Assembly: GCF_055900595.2 (NCBI RefSeq)
Contig: NZ_CM148325.1
Strand: one strand, 5' to 3'
DNA: 64,000 nt
Position numbers and translations under genes: made by a program. Shown here piece by piece: positions 7,815-19,580 of this stretch (positions are counted from its first letter, which is position 1; each line of letters opens with the position of its first letter). The notes beneath the pieces were generated by a model that had not been told where the DNA came from, made no database searches, and was given only the letters and a program-made list of their open reading frames with translations.

Positions 7815-9530
7815 TTACTCCACTTCCTGCCAGTTTTTCCGCTTACTGGTTTTACCGATCCCCGGATTCATGCTGTTGGTCGGATCGTTCTCGCGATAGA
7901 ACTTCTGCAACGTCTCCGGTGCTTTATACAAATGACCGACGTTATGCTCGGCAGGGTATTGCGCGCCGCGCTGCTGTAGCAGTTCCAGCATCTGTTCTTT
8001 CAACGCATGCACATCCACGCCTTTTTTAACGATGTAATCCTGATGGAAGACATAGCACATAAAATGGCCGTAATAGAGCTTGTGCACCAACTGACTGTCG
8101 ATCTCCGGCGGTAAATGCTCATACCACTCGGTGTCGTTACGCCGCAGAGCGATATCCAGCGCCAGAATGTCTTCGACTTCATCGGAATGCACCGCCTGAT
8201 AACGAATTGCTGCGCCCGCAGCGGCGAAACGGTGTAAAAACGCTTTGCTGCCTTCCTCCGGCGTACAGACAAAGAAATCGCCCTCGGCCTGTTTGAAATA
8301 ATCCACCAGCCACGATTTTGCTTCACCGACGCCATCGCCCGCCATTTTTAACAGCAGATGATGTTCATATTTATCGCGCCAGTTTTTCATGCGCGGCGGT
8401 AAATGGCTGGGGAACAGGTGACCGAATTTTTGCATCGCACGGTCGGTAAAATGCGGACGGAAGAATTTCACTTTCTCCAGCATCGCATCGGTGCGTCCCT
8501 TGAGATTAAAGAAGAACGGCATCTTGTCGGTGCCTAACTTATCAATCATCAGGAAGGTGTCTTTGCCGTATTTTTCCGCAATATCGTAGATATCCCGGTG
8601 CATATATTCCCCGGCAACCGGCAGATTTTCGAAATTAGCCAGAATATGACGGCGGATTTCGGTCAGTACTTCCGGCTGGTTGGTGCCGATATAAAACACC
8701 TGCTGATTTTTTTCTGCTTCGAAGGTATCAAGACGTACCGCAAAGACGGCCAGTTTACCGGCGCAACCGGAGGATTCAAACAGGCGATCCGGGTCGGCGT
8801 TATAACGTGCTGGTGTGTCGGCTTCAATATCACGAACGCGGTGGACATAGTCATAATCGTGGGCGTGACGACCATCGTGGCGCACATCGTCATCTTTGAT
8901 GCGATCGTCATCCAGCTTGCTAAGGATCTGCTCCGGCGTTTCGCCGAGATCAATCCCCAGATGGTTCACCAGCGTCAGTTTGCCGTCTTCATTTATACGC
9001 GCGAATAACGACATTTCGGTATACGCCGGGCCACGCTGTACCAGCGAGCCGCCGGAGTTGTTACAAATACCGCCGATGACTGATGCGCCTATACACGATG
9101 ATCCAATCACTGAGTGCGGTTCGCGTCCCAGCGGTTTGAGAGCTTTTTCCAGCGAATAGAGTGTGGTGCCAGGATATGCCAGCACCTGTTCGCCCTTGCC
9201 GAGAACATGTAGTTTGTCGAGACGCAGGGTGCTGATGATCACGATATCGCGATCATAGTCGTTACCGTTTGGCGTCGAGCCTTCGGTCAGGCCGGTATTA
9301 GCGGCTTGCATCAGAATAATTTTGTCGGCGGTGACGCAGGCTTTCAGCACCCGCCACAATTCCAGTAGTGAGCCAGGGAAAACGACAGCCAGCGCGTCGC
9401 CCTGACCAGAACGGAAGCCCTTGCGATAGCGGGCCGTTTTTGCGGGATCGGTGAGCAGGTGTGAATGACCGACCAGACGGGCAAGTTCATTCAAAAAGGC
9501 TTTATTATCAGTTGTTGTCATGGAAGACAT
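7815..9530 (-). CDS. dld: FAD-dependent D-lactate dehydrogenase
   Basis: 571 aa from MSSMTTTDNKAFLNELARLVG...; length matches K-12 Dld; ORF-track start trimmed from 9563. Confidence 0.92.
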   Translation of the reverse strand: MSSMTTTDNKAFLNELARLVGHSHLLTDPAKTARYRKGFRSGQGDALAVVFPGSLLELWRVLKACVTADKIILMQAANTGLTEGSTPNGNDYDRDIVIISTLRLDKLHVLGKGEQVLAYPGTTLYSLEKALKPLGREPHSVIGSSCIGASVIGGICNNSGGSLVQRGPAYTEMSLFARINEDGKLTLVNHLGIDLGETPEQILSKLDDDRIKDDDVRHDGRHAHDYDYVHRVRDIEADTPARYNADPDRLFESSGCAGKLAVFAVRLDTFEAEKNQQVFYIGTNQPEVLTEIRRHILANFENLPVAGEYMHRDIYDIAEKYGKDTFLMIDKLGTDKMPFFFNLKGRTDAMLEKVKFFRPHFTDRAMQKFGHLFPSHLPPRMKNWRDKYEHHLLLKMAGDGVGEAKSWLVDYFKQAEGDFFVCTPEEGSKAFLHRFAAAGAAIRYQAVHSDEVEDILALDIALRRNDTEWYEHLPPEIDSQLVHKLYYGHFMCYVFHQDYIVKKGVDVHALKEQMLELLQQRGAQYPAEHNVGHLYKAPETLQKFYRENDPTNSMNPGIGKTSKRKNWQEVE

Positions 9531-9725
9531 TTTCCACTCCTTGTGGTGGCGAAAAAATATCACAAACTAGCATAGCGCCTTGTATGACAATTCAGCGAGT
9601 GAATATTTTGAAAATTCAGACAATAAACTGAGCATTCTTTTTCTCTCTCCATCATGCTTATGGCAAACTACGGTTTTTGCACCATTTTCGCTGCCTCGTC
9701 GGGCAACAGAGGAAGAATAATCCAT

Positions 9726-12023
9726 ATGAAATGGCTATGTTCAGTAGGTATCGCGGTGAGTCTGGCCCTGCAACCAGCACTGGCGGATGATTTATTCGGT
9801 AACCATCCATTAACGCCTGAAGCGCGTGATGCGTTCGTCACCGAACTGCTCAAGAAAATGACAGTTGATGAGAAAATTGGTCAGCTGCGCTTAATCAGCG
9901 TCGGCCCGGATAACCCGAAAGAGGCGATCCGCGAGATGATCAAAGACGGGCAGGTTGGAGCGATTTTCAACACCGTAACCCGTCAGGATATCCGCGCCAT
10001 GCAGGATCAGGTGATGGAACTGAGCCGCCTGAAAATTCCTCTTTTCTTTGCTTACGACGTGCTGCACGGTCAGCGCACGGTGTTCCCGATTAGCCTCGGT
10101 CTGGCCTCGTCTTTTAACCTCGATGCGGTGAAAACGGTCGGGCGTGTCTCTGCTTATGAAGCCGCAGATGATGGCCTGAACATGACCTGGGCACCGATGG
10201 TCGATGTCTCGCGCGATCCGCGCTGGGGACGTGCTTCCGAAGGTTTTGGGGAAGATACGTATCTCACTTCGATTATGGGTAAGACTATGGTGGAAGCGAT
10301 GCAGGGTAAAAGCCCGGCAGATCGCTACTCGGTGATGACCAGCGTCAAACACTTTGCCGCTTACGGCGCGGTAGAAGGTGGTAAAGAGTACAACACCGTC
10401 GATATGAGTCCGCAGCGCCTGTTTAACGACTATATGCCGCCGTACAAAGCGGGGCTGGATGCAGGCAGCGGCGCGGTGATGGTGGCGCTGAACTCGCTGA
10501 ACGGCACGCCAGCCACCTCCGACTCTTGGCTGCTGAAAGATGTTCTGCGCGACCAGTGGGGCTTTAAAGGCATCACCGTTTCCGATCACGGCGCAATCAA
10601 AGAGCTGATTAAACATGGCACGGCGGCAGACCCGGAAGATGCGGTGCGCGTGGCACTGAAATCCGGCATCAACATGAGTATGAGCGACGAGTATTACTCG
10701 AAGTATCTGCCTGGGTTGATCAAATCCGGCAAAGTGACGATGGAAGAGCTGGATGACGCTGCCCGTCATGTACTGAACGTGAAATATGATATGGGGTTGT
10801 TTAACGACCCGTACAGCCATCTCGGTCCGAAAGAGTCTGACCCGGTGGATACCAATGCCGAAAGCCGCCTGCACCGCAAAGAAGCGCGTGAAGTGGCACG
10901 CGAAAGCCTGGTGTTGCTGAAAAACCGTCTCGAAACGTTACCGCTGAAAAAATCAGCCACCATTGCGGTGGTTGGGCCACTGGCGGACAGCAAACGTGAC
11001 GTGATGGGCAGCTGGTCCGCAGCCGGTGTTGCCGATCAATCCGTGACCGTACTGACCGGGATTAAAAATGCCGTCGGTGAAAACGGTAAAGTGCTGTACG
11101 CCAAAGGGGCGAACGTTACCAGTGACAAAGGCATTATCGATTTCCTGAATCAGTATGAAGAGGCGGTCAAAGTCGATCCGCGTTCGCCCCAAGAGATGAT
11201 TGATGAAGCGGTGCAAACCGCAAAACAATCTGATGTGGTGGTGGCTGTGGTCGGTGAAGCTCAGGGGATGGCGCACGAGGCTTCCAGCCGTACCGATATT
11301 ACTATTCCACAAAGCCAACGTGACTTGATTGCGGCGCTGAAAGCCACCGGTAAACCGCTGGTGCTGGTGCTGATGAACGGACGTCCACTGGCGCTGGTGA
11401 AAGAAGATCAGCAGGCTGATGCGATTCTGGAAACCTGGTTTGCGGGGACTGAAGGCGGTAATGCGATTGCCGATGTGTTGTTTGGCGATTACAACCCGTC
11501 GGGCAAGCTGCCGATGTCCTTCCCGCGTTCTGTCGGGCAGATCCCGGTGTACTACAGCCATCTGAATACCGGTCGGCCGTATAATGCCGACAAGCCGAAC
11601 AAATACACTTCGCGTTATTTTGATGAAGCTAACGGGGCGCTGTATCCGTTCGGCTATGGTCTGAGCTATACCACCTTCACCGTCTCTGATGTGAAACTTT
11701 CTGCGCCGACCATGAAGCGTGACGGCAAAGTGACCGCCAGTGTGCAGGTGACGAACACCGGTAAGCGCGAAGGGGCGACGGTAGTGCAGATGTACTTGCA
11801 GGATGTGACCGCTTCCATGAGTCGTCCGGTGAAGCAACTGAAAGGCTTTGAGAAAATCACCCTGAAACCGGGCGAAACTCAGACCGTCAGCTTCCCGATC
11901 GATATTGAGGCGCTGAAGTTCTGGAATCAACAGATGAAATATGACGCCGAGCCTGGCAAGTTCAATGTCTTCATCGGCACCGATTCCGCGCGCGTTAAGA
12001 AAGGCGAGTTTGAATTGCTGTAA
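9726..12023 (+). CDS. bglX: Periplasmic beta-glucosidase (GH3)
   Basis: 765 aa from MKWLCSVGIAVSLALQPALA (signal peptide); glycoside hydrolase family 3. Confidence 0.92.
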   Translation: MKWLCSVGIAVSLALQPALADDLFGNHPLTPEARDAFVTELLKKMTVDEKIGQLRLISVGPDNPKEAIREMIKDGQVGAIFNTVTRQDIRAMQDQVMELSRLKIPLFFAYDVLHGQRTVFPISLGLASSFNLDAVKTVGRVSAYEAADDGLNMTWAPMVDVSRDPRWGRASEGFGEDTYLTSIMGKTMVEAMQGKSPADRYSVMTSVKHFAAYGAVEGGKEYNTVDMSPQRLFNDYMPPYKAGLDAGSGAVMVALNSLNGTPATSDSWLLKDVLRDQWGFKGITVSDHGAIKELIKHGTAADPEDAVRVALKSGINMSMSDEYYSKYLPGLIKSGKVTMEELDDAARHVLNVKYDMGLFNDPYSHLGPKESDPVDTNAESRLHRKEAREVARESLVLLKNRLETLPLKKSATIAVVGPLADSKRDVMGSWSAAGVADQSVTVLTGIKNAVGENGKVLYAKGANVTSDKGIIDFLNQYEEAVKVDPRSPQEMIDEAVQTAKQSDVVVAVVGEAQGMAHEASSRTDITIPQSQRDLIAALKATGKPLVLVLMNGRPLALVKEDQQADAILETWFAGTEGGNAIADVLFGDYNPSGKLPMSFPRSVGQIPVYYSHLNTGRPYNADKPNKYTSRYFDEANGALYPFGYGLSYTTFTVSDVKLSAPTMKRDGKVTASVQVTNTGKREGATVVQMYLQDVTASMSRPVKQLKGFEKITLKPGETQTVSFPIDIEALKFWNQQMKYDAEPGKFNVFIGTDSARVKKGEFELL

Positions 12024-12033
12024 TGCTTTAGTC

Positions 12034-12056
12034 AGGGCGCGACGTCTGCGCCCTTT
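12034..12056 (+). terminator. Putative terminator hairpin after bglX
   Basis: agggcgc-gacgtct-gcgccct stem-loop followed by TTT; weak T-run. Confidence 0.4.
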
Positions 12057-12160
12057 GCCTGATGCGTTGCGCTTATCAGGCCTTCAGGGGTTTTTAACCT
12101 CTTGAATTTTCGCTGTTTGTAGGCTGGATAAGGCGTTTACGCCGCATCCGGCAAGAAACG
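12057..12160. repeat. REP elements between bglX and osmF
   Basis: GCCTGATGCGTTGCGCTTATCAGGCC and TAGGCTGGATAAGGCGTTTACGCCGCATCCGGCA motifs. Confidence 0.6.
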
Positions 12161-12295
12161 ACGGGCAAAATATGCCCTTTAAGTATTTATCTGATTCTGC
12201 AACTGAATCCTTCCGCTCAGGCTAACCCCGCCATTATCAACTATGCTTTTCTCTTAATTCGCTGAAAACAACAGTAAAAGAATGAGGAAAGCATC

Positions 12296-13213
12296 ATGCC
12301 ACTCTCAAAGCTCTGGGCAGGTTCACTGGTTTTGTTGGCAGCCGTGAGCCTGCCGCTACAGGCGGCTTCCCCCGTTAAAGTCGGTTCGAAAATCGATACC
12401 GAAGGCGCGCTACTCGGCAACATTATTTTGCAAGTGCTGGAAAGCCACGGCGTACCGACGGTGAATAAAGTCCAGTTGGGAACCACGCCGGTGGTGCGCG
12501 GGGCGATTACTTCCGGTGAACTGGATATCTATCCGGAATATACCGGCAATGGCGCGTTTTTCTTTAAAGATGAAAACGATGCGGCGTGGAAAAATGCCGG
12601 GCAAGGCTACGAGAAAGTCAAAAAGCTCGATGCAGAACAAAACAAGTTAATCTGGCTGACGCCTGCGCCTGCAAATAACACCTGGACCATCGCCGTGCGT
12701 CAGGATGTTGCAGAGAAAAACAAACTCACTTCGCTTGCCGACCTGAGTCGTTATCTGAAAGACGGTGGCACCTTCAAACTGGCGGCCTCAGCAGAGTTTA
12801 TCGAACGCGCCGATGCCTTACCCGCTTTTGAAAAAGCCTATGGCTTTAAGCTCAGTCAGGATCAGTTGCTGTCACTGGCCGGTGGCGACACTGCGGTGAC
12901 AATCAAAGCTGCTGCCCAGCAAACATCCGGCGTTAATGCGGCGATGGCTTACGGCACTGACGGCCCGGTCGCGGCGCTGGGGCTGCAAACCTTAAGCGAT
13001 CCGCAAGGCGTGCAACCTATCTACGCGCCTGCACCAGTGGTGCGTGAATCGGTGTTGAAGGAGTATCCGCAAATGGCACAGTGGCTACAGCCAGTCTTCG
13101 CCAGCCTCGATGCAAAAACATTGCAGCAACTGAATGCCAGCATTGCTGTGGAAGGTCTGGATGCCAAAAAAGTGGCTGCCGACTACCTGAAACAAAAAGG
13201 GTGGACGAAGTAA
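12296..13213 (+). CDS. osmF: Glycine betaine-binding periplasmic protein OsmF
   Basis: 305 aa, signal peptide, substrate-binding fold; first gene of the osmF-yehYXW ABC operon. Confidence 0.9.
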   Translation: MPLSKLWAGSLVLLAAVSLPLQAASPVKVGSKIDTEGALLGNIILQVLESHGVPTVNKVQLGTTPVVRGAITSGELDIYPEYTGNGAFFFKDENDAAWKNAGQGYEKVKKLDAEQNKLIWLTPAPANNTWTIAVRQDVAEKNKLTSLADLSRYLKDGGTFKLAASAEFIERADALPAFEKAYGFKLSQDQLLSLAGGDTAVTIKAAAQQTSGVNAAMAYGTDGPVAALGLQTLSDPQGVQPIYAPAPVVRESVLKEYPQMAQWLQPVFASLDAKTLQQLNASIAVEGLDAKKVAADYLKQKGWTK

Positions 13214-13219
13214 TTTCCC

Positions 13220-14377
13220 GTGACTTATTTCCGTATTAATCCTGTTCTGGCGCTGCTGCTGTTGCTGACGGCAATCGCAGCGGCGCTGCCGTTTATCAGT
13301 TACGCGCCTAATCGTTTAGTCTCTGGTGAGGGGCGTCATCTCTGGCAGTTGTGGCCGCAAACGATCTGGATGCTGGTGGGCGTATGTTGCGCCTGGCTGA
13401 CAGCCTGTTTTATTCCCGGTAGAAAAGGCAGCATTTTTGCACTCATCCTGGCGCAACTCGTCTTCGTGTTGCTGGTATGGGGGGCAGGAAAGGCGGCGAC
13501 ACAACTGGCGCAAAATGGCAGTGCGCTGGCGCGTACCAGCCTCGGCAGTGGTTTCTGGCTGGCTGCGGCGCTGGCACTGCTGGCCTGTAGCGATGCCATC
13601 CGCCGAATTTCCACGCATCCGCTGTGGCGCTGGTTGTTGCATATGCAGATTACCATCATTCCGCTGTGGTTGCTGTACTCCGGCACGCTTAACGATCTTT
13701 CGCTAATGAAAGAATACGCCAACCGTCAGGATGTGTTTAATGACGCGCTGGCGCAACATCTGACGTTGCTGTTTGGTGCGGTGCTGCCTGCGTTAGTGAT
13801 TGGTGTGCCGCTGGGCGTCTGGTGCTACTTTTCCACTGCGCGGCAGGGGGCGATTTTTTCTCTGCTGAATGTCATTCAGACCGTGCCTTCGGTGGCGCTC
13901 TTTGGCCTGTTGATTGCGCCGCTTGCCGCGCTGGTTACGGCCTTTCCGTGGCTGGGTAAGCTCGGCATAGCAGGAACCGGAATGACACCCGCACTGATTG
14001 CGCTGGTGCTCTATGCCTTGCTGCCGCTGGTGCGCGGTGTGGTAGTCGGCTTGAACCAGATCCCGCGCGATGTGCTGGAGAGCGCCAGAGCGATGGGCAT
14101 GAGCGGGGCGCAGCGATTCCTGCATGTTCAGTTACCGCTGGCGTTACCGGTATTTCTGCGCAGCCTGCGGGTGGTGATGGTGCAAACCGTCGGCATGGCG
14201 GTGATTGCGGCGTTAATCGGCGCAGGCGGTTTTGGTGCGCTGGTTTTCCAGGGGCTGCTAAGCAGTGCCATTGATTTAGTGTTGCTGGGGGTGATCCCGG
14301 TAATTGTTCTGGCGGTGCTGATCGACGCGCTGTTCGATTTGCTTATCGCACTGCTGAAGGTGAAACGTAATGATTGA
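13220..14377 (+). CDS. yehY: ABC transporter permease YehY
   Basis: 385 aa polytopic membrane protein; GTG start; 8-bp overlap with yehX. Confidence 0.88.
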   Translation: MTYFRINPVLALLLLLTAIAAALPFISYAPNRLVSGEGRHLWQLWPQTIWMLVGVCCAWLTACFIPGRKGSIFALILAQLVFVLLVWGAGKAATQLAQNGSALARTSLGSGFWLAAALALLACSDAIRRISTHPLWRWLLHMQITIIPLWLLYSGTLNDLSLMKEYANRQDVFNDALAQHLTLLFGAVLPALVIGVPLGVWCYFSTARQGAIFSLLNVIQTVPSVALFGLLIAPLAALVTAFPWLGKLGIAGTGMTPALIALVLYALLPLVRGVVVGLNQIPRDVLESARAMGMSGAQRFLHVQLPLALPVFLRSLRVVMVQTVGMAVIAALIGAGGFGALVFQGLLSSAIDLVLLGVIPVIVLAVLIDALFDLLIALLKVKRND

Positions 14378-15296
14378 ATTTAGCCATGTCAGCAAACTGT
14401 TCGGCACACAAAAAGCCGTTAACGATCTCAATCTCAATTTTCAGGAGGGGAGTTTTTCGGTGCTGATTGGTACATCAGGCTCCGGTAAATCCACCACTCT
14501 GAAAATGATTAACCGCCTGGTGGAGCATGACAGTGGCGTGATCCGCTTTGCCGGAGAAGAAATTCGCTCGCTGCCAGTGCTGGAGTTACGCCGCCGGATG
14601 GGCTATGCCATTCAATCTATTGGCCTGTTTCCCCACTGGAGCGTGGCGCAAAACATTGCTACTGTGCCGCAATTACAAAAATGGCCTCGGGCGCGGATCG
14701 ACGACCGTATTGACGAATTAATGGCGCTACTGGGGCTGGAGCCAAATTTGCGTGAGCGTTATCCGCATCAGCTTTCCGGCGGTCAGCAGCAACGTGTGGG
14801 AGTGGCGCGCGCACTGGCTGCCGATCCGCAAGTCTTATTGATGGATGAACCCTTTGGCGCACTGGACCCGGTAACGCGCGGCGCGTTGCAACAAGAGATG
14901 ACGCGTATTCACCGTTTGTTGGGGCGTACCATTGTGCTGGTCACTCATGATATTGATGAGGCGCTACGGCTGGCAGAACATCTGGTATTGATGGATCACG
15001 GTGAAGTGGTGCAGCAGGGCAATCCGCTGACGATGCTGACTCGTCCGGCGAATGATTTCGTCCGCCAGTTTTTTGGGCATAGTGAACTGGGGGTCCGCCT
15101 GCTTTCGTTACGTAGCGTGGCGGATTACGTGCGTCGCGAAGAACGGGCAGAAGGTGAGGCACTGGCAGAAGAGATGACGCTACGCGATGCGCTCTCCCTG
15201 TTTGTCGCGCGGGGTTGTGAAGTGCTGCCGGTGGTGAACACGCAGGGCGAGCCTTGCGGCACGCTGCATTTTCAGGATCTGCTGGTGGAGGCGTAA
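14370..15296 (+). CDS. yehX: ABC transporter ATP-binding protein YehX
   Basis: 308 aa; Walker [13 protein letters not shown] signature LSGGQQQR, C-terminal CBS-like region. Confidence 0.9.
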   Translation: MIEFSHVSKLFGTQKAVNDLNLNFQEGSFSVLIGTSGSGKSTTLKMINRLVEHDSGVIRFAGEEIRSLPVLELRRRMGYAIQSIGLFPHWSVAQNIATVPQLQKWPRARIDDRIDELMALLGLEPNLRERYPHQLSGGQQQRVGVARALAADPQVLLMDEPFGALDPVTRGALQQEMTRIHRLLGRTIVLVTHDIDEALRLAEHLVLMDHGEVVQQGNPLTMLTRPANDFVRQFFGHSELGVRLLSLRSVADYVRREERAEGEALAEEMTLRDALSLFVARGCEVLPVVNTQGEPCGTLHFQDLLVEA

Positions 15297-15300
15297 GCGT

Positions 15301-16032
15301 ATGAAGATGTTGCGCGATCCGCTGTTCTGGCTCATTGCTTTGTTTGTGGCACTGATTTTCTGGCTGCCTTACAGCCAGCCGCTGTTTTCTGCCTTGTTCC
15401 CACAACTGCCACGCCCCGTTTATCAGCAAGAAAGTTTTGCTGCTCTGGCACTGGCTCATTTCTGGCTGGTGGGAATTTCGAGTTTGTTTGCGGTGATCAT
15501 TGGCACAGGTGCCGGAATTATTGTTACTCGCCCGTGGGGCGCGGAATTTCGCCCACTGGTGGAAACTATTGCCGCCGTTGGGCAGACTTTTCCGCCCGTT
15601 GCGGTGCTGGCGATTGCCGTTCCGGTGATTGGGTTTGGTCTGCAACCCGCGATTATCGCCTTGATCCTGTACGGTGTGCTGCCCGTCCTGCAGGCGACAC
15701 TTGCCGGGCTGGGAGCGATTGATGCCAGCGTGACAGAAGTTGCTAAGGGTATGGGAATGAGCCGTGGACAGCAACTGCGTAAGGTCGAGCTACCGCTGGC
15801 GGCTCCGGTGATTCTGGCGGGTGTGCGAACTTCGGTGATTATCAACATTGGTACGGCGACGATCGCCTCAACGGTAGGGGCCAGCACGCTGGGTACGCCC
15901 ATCATCATCGGGCTTAGCGGATTTAATACCGCGTATGTGATCCAGGGGGCGTTACTGGTGGCACTGGCGGCGATCATCGCAGACCGCCTGTTTGAAAGGC
16001 TGGTGCAGGCGCTTAGCCAGCACGCAAAATAA
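15301..16032 (+). CDS. yehW: ABC transporter permease YehW
   Basis: 243 aa polytopic membrane protein. Confidence 0.88.
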
Positions 16033-16120
16033 AGGTATAACCTGCGAGCATGACGCCACCAATTCCGCCTAACGCCATAAAAAGGAACAGGGCGATGACC
16101 CCAATTTTAGCTATGCGCAT
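16013..16120 (-). CDS. yohO: Small membrane protein YohO (35 aa)
   Basis: Minus-strand [38 protein letters not shown] with a strong AAGGAG RBS; its 3-prime end overlaps the yehW stop region by about 20 bp (convergent). Confidence 0.6.
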
Positions 16121-16179
16121 AATGCACTCCTTATGTTAACGAAAGGATTGTACAGTAAAGCGCATTTGTTAACGAATCA

Positions 16180-16911
16180 TTAAATGCCGAGTGGGAAAAT
16201 ATCATGGCCTTGTTCCTGCCAACTGGTAAGTTGCTGCTGTTGGGCAGAGGTTCGATTTTCACCGCACCACACCAGCAATGTACGGCCTTCGAACAGTTCA
16301 GGGCGTAGTTGATTGAGCGAGTGGGCGAGGACATCAATGCGCCATCCTTGTTGACTGGCAATCCAGCCCTCTAGCCACAGACGGGTGGTATCCTGAATAT
16401 TCCAGCCAACCACCAGCGCATCTTTACCTTGTTTTTTACGTGCCGAAGCCAGACAAATGGCGATGTAGTTGATCAGTACGCCGTCGAGGATCGCCAGCAG
16501 CGCCTGGAGAGTCGGTTGTTGGCACTGAAGTCGTCGGCGCAGAGGAATAAACAGGTGCGTGGTGAGTGTCTGGGCGGGGTAATCCTGACCGCGCTCTTTG
16601 ATCCACGTTCGCAGGCTATGCAGATTGCCGCTTTGCAGGTAAGTCAGTAATGTTTCTTGCTGATCGCGCCAGCCGTTCTGCACATCAACATTTTCATTAC
16701 TGAGCAGCATTTTAACTTTGCTGACCTGCACGCCGTTGTCGATCCAGCGTTTGATCTCGCGGATCCGGTCAATATCGGCATCATTGAACAGCCGATGACC
16801 GCCGTCTGTCCGTTGCGGTTTCAGCAATCCGTAACGCCTCTGCCACGCGCGTAACGTGACAGGGTTAATATCACAAAGCAACGCCACTTCACCAATTGTG
16901 TAAAGCGCCAT
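16180..16911 (-). CDS. mlrA: MerR-family transcriptional regulator MlrA (csgD activator)
   Basis: 243 aa; N-terminal MerR HTH (MALYTIGEVALLCDINPVTLRAWQRRYGL). Confidence 0.9.
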   Translation of the reverse strand: MALYTIGEVALLCDINPVTLRAWQRRYGLLKPQRTDGGHRLFNDADIDRIREIKRWIDNGVQVSKVKMLLSNENVDVQNGWRDQQETLLTYLQSGNLHSLRTWIKERGQDYPAQTLTTHLFIPLRRRLQCQQPTLQALLAILDGVLINYIAICLASARKKQGKDALVVGWNIQDTTRLWLEGWIASQQGWRIDVLAHSLNQLRPELFEGRTLLVWCGENRTSAQQQQLTSWQEQGHDIFPLGI

Positions 16912-17132
16912 CGTCTCACCCTTGCTCGCGAGGTCCCAGTTTAACTTTAGACGCAGTTTTGCGAACCAGGTAGTTTTGCCCGTTTTTTGTTCATCTATAG
17001 GGTGATTTTATTTTTGCCAGGCGATTTTGAGTGATCGTACTCACGAATTCTCATTTTTCTGCAAGAGTTCAAAGAAAGTTAAACGCAGGCAATGTATGTT
17101 ACGCGTTTTAAAGGGAAGTGTGGTTTGCGGGT

Positions 17133-18818
17133 ATGTACGATTTTAATCTGGTGTTGCTGCTGCTTCAGCAGATGTGCGTTTTTTTAGTCATTGCGTGGTT
17201 AATGAGTAAAACGCCATTATTCATACCGTTAATGCAGGTCACGGTTCGTCTGCCGCATAAATTTCTCTGCTACATCGTCTTTTCCATCTTCTGCATCATG
17301 GGCACCTGGTTTGGGCTGCATATTGACGATTCTATTGCCAATACCCGTGCGATAGGCGCGGTAATGGGCGGCTTACTCGGCGGTCCGGTCGTCGGTGGGC
17401 TGGTTGGTCTGACCGGCGGGTTACATCGATATTCGATGGGGGGCATGACCGCGCTAAGTTGCATGATCTCGACCATCGTTGAAGGATTGCTCGGCGGCCT
17501 GGTACACAGCATCCTGATCCGTCGCGGGCGCACTGATAAAGTCTTTAACCCCATTACCGCCGGTGCCGTCACGTTCGTCGCTGAAATGGTGCAAATGTTG
17601 ATCATCCTGGCGATCGCCCGACCTTATGAAGATGCGGTGCGTCTGGTGAGTAATATTGCTGCGCCAATGATGGTCACCAATACCGTCGGCGCGGCGCTGT
17701 TTATGCGTATATTGCTCGATAAACGCGCGATGTTTGAAAAATACACTTCGGCTTTTTCTGCTACTGCGCTGAAAGTGGCTGCCTCGACGGAAGGCATTTT
17801 GCGCCAGGGGTTTAACGAAGTGAACAGCATGAAAGTGGCACAGGTGCTGTATCAGGAGCTGGATATTGGTGCAGTCGCGATTACCGATCGAGAGAAATTG
17901 CTGGCCTTTACCGGAATTGGTGACGACCACCATTTACCCGGCAAACCGATTTCTTCGACTTATACCTTAAAAGCGATTGAAACCGGTGAAGTGGTCTACG
18001 CCGATGGCAACGAAGTGCCTTACCGTTGCTCGTTGCATCCGCAATGCAAACTGGGTTCGACGCTGGTAATTCCGTTGCGTGGTGAAAATCAGCGGGTGAT
18101 GGGTACCATCAAATTGTATGAAGCCAAAAACCGTTTATTCAGTTCAATCAACCGCACGCTGGGCGAGGGGATTGCGCAACTGCTTTCGGCGCAGATCCTC
18201 GCCGGGCAATATGAGCGGCAAAAAGCGATGCTCACCCAGTCAGAGATCAAACTGCTTCACGCCCAGGTGAACCCCCATTTTCTGTTCAATGCGCTTAACA
18301 CCATTAAAGCGGTGATCCGACGCGACAGCGAACAGGCCAGTCAGCTGGTGCAGTATCTTTCCACTTTTTTCCGTAAAAACTTAAAGCGGCCTTCGGAGTT
18401 TGTTACTCTCGCCGACGAAATTGAACATGTGAACGCTTATCTGCAAATTGAAAAGGAGCGCTTCCAGTCGCGGTTGCAGGTCAGCATTGCTATTCCGCAA
18501 GAATTATCCCAGCAGCAATTGCCCGCGTTTACCCTGCAACCGATTGTGGAAAACGCCATTAAACATGGGACATCACAACTGCTGGATACAGGGCGAGTAG
18601 CAATCAGCGCCCGACGTGAGGGGCAACATTTGATGCTGGAGATCGAAGACAATGCTGGCTTGTATCAACCGGTAACCAATGCCAGCGGGCTGGGGATGAA
18701 TCTGGTGGATAAGCGTTTACGTGAACGGTTTGGCGATGACTATGGGATAAGCGTCGCCTGTGAACCTGATAATTACACCCGAATAACGTTACGACTGCCA
18801 TGGAGGGACGAGGCATGA
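17133..18818 (+). CDS. btsS: LytS-type sensor histidine kinase BtsS (YehU)
   Basis: 561 aa from [15 protein letters not shown]...; 5TM-Lyt membrane domain, GAF-like region, histidine-kinase C-terminus. Confidence 0.9.
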   Translation: MYDFNLVLLLLQQMCVFLVIAWLMSKTPLFIPLMQVTVRLPHKFLCYIVFSIFCIMGTWFGLHIDDSIANTRAIGAVMGGLLGGPVVGGLVGLTGGLHRYSMGGMTALSCMISTIVEGLLGGLVHSILIRRGRTDKVFNPITAGAVTFVAEMVQMLIILAIARPYEDAVRLVSNIAAPMMVTNTVGAALFMRILLDKRAMFEKYTSAFSATALKVAASTEGILRQGFNEVNSMKVAQVLYQELDIGAVAITDREKLLAFTGIGDDHHLPGKPISSTYTLKAIETGEVVYADGNEVPYRCSLHPQCKLGSTLVIPLRGENQRVMGTIKLYEAKNRLFSSINRTLGEGIAQLLSAQILAGQYERQKAMLTQSEIKLLHAQVNPHFLFNALNTIKAVIRRDSEQASQLVQYLSTFFRKNLKRPSEFVTLADEIEHVNAYLQIEKERFQSRLQVSIAIPQELSQQQLPAFTLQPIVENAIKHGTSQLLDTGRVAISARREGQHLMLEIEDNAGLYQPVTNASGLGMNLVDKRLRERFGDDYGISVACEPDNYTRITLRLPWRDEA

Positions 18819-19534
18819 TTAAAGTCTTAATTGTCGATGACGAACCGTTAGCACGGGAGAACCTGCGCGTATTTTTGCAGGAGCAGAGTGATATTGAAAT
18901 TGTCGGCGAGTGTTCAAACGCTGTAGAAGGGATCGGCGCGGTGCATAAACTGCGCCCGGACGTGCTGTTCCTCGATATCCAGATGCCGCGCATCAGTGGT
19001 CTGGAAATGGTGGGAATGCTCGACCCGGAACATCGTCCGTATATCGTTTTTCTCACCGCGTTTGACGAATACGCCATTAAAGCCTTTGAAGAACATGCAT
19101 TTGATTATCTCCTGAAGCCAATTGATGAAGCGCGGCTGGAGAAAACGCTGGCGCGTTTGCGTCAGGAGCGCAGCAAGCAGGATGTTTCGCTGTTACCGGA
19201 AAATCAACAGGCGCTGAAATTTATCCCTTGTACGGGGCATAGTCGGATTTATTTGCTGCAAATGAGAGATGTAGCATTTGTCAGCAGTCGGATGAGCGGT
19301 GTCTACGTTACCAGCCACGAAGGGAAAGAAGGTTTTACCGAACTGACTTTGCGCACCCTGGAGAGCCGTACACCACTACTGCGCTGCCATCGTCAGTATC
19401 TGGTTAACCTCGCGCATTTACAGGAGATTCGCCTGGAAGATAACGGTCAGGCTGAGTTGATTTTGCGTAATGGTTTAACCGTCCCTGTCAGCCGCCGCTA
19501 TCTGAAAAGTTTAAAAGAGGCGATTGGCCTGTAA
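18815..19534 (+). CDS. btsR: LytTR-family response regulator BtsR (YehT)
   Basis: 239 aa from [11 protein letters not shown]...; receiver domain plus LytTR DNA-binding domain; ATGA overlap with btsS. Confidence 0.9.
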   Translation: MIKVLIVDDEPLARENLRVFLQEQSDIEIVGECSNAVEGIGAVHKLRPDVLFLDIQMPRISGLEMVGMLDPEHRPYIVFLTAFDEYAIKAFEEHAFDYLLKPIDEARLEKTLARLRQERSKQDVSLLPENQQALKFIPCTGHSRIYLLQMRDVAFVSSRMSGVYVTSHEGKEGFTELTLRTLESRTPLLRCHRQYLVNLAHLQEIRLEDNGQAELILRNGLTVPVSRRYLKSLKEAIGL

Positions 19535-19580
19535 AAGACTGCTAAAATGGCTTTTTGCCTCATCAACACCTGAAGGCCTC

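Noticed and set aside
9891-11930. Two long minus-strand ORFs (327 and 325 aa)
   Set aside because: Both lie antisense within bglX; no RBS, no recognisable domains, His/Arg-rich composition; shadow ORFs.
13316-14125. Several 90-130 aa ORFs on both strands within yehY
   Set aside because: All overlap the yehY permease frame; Cys/Arg-rich nonsense products.
14941-15774. 277-aa minus-strand ORF
   Set aside because: Antisense to yehX/yehW; Pro/Arg/Gln-rich low-complexity product; shadow ORF.
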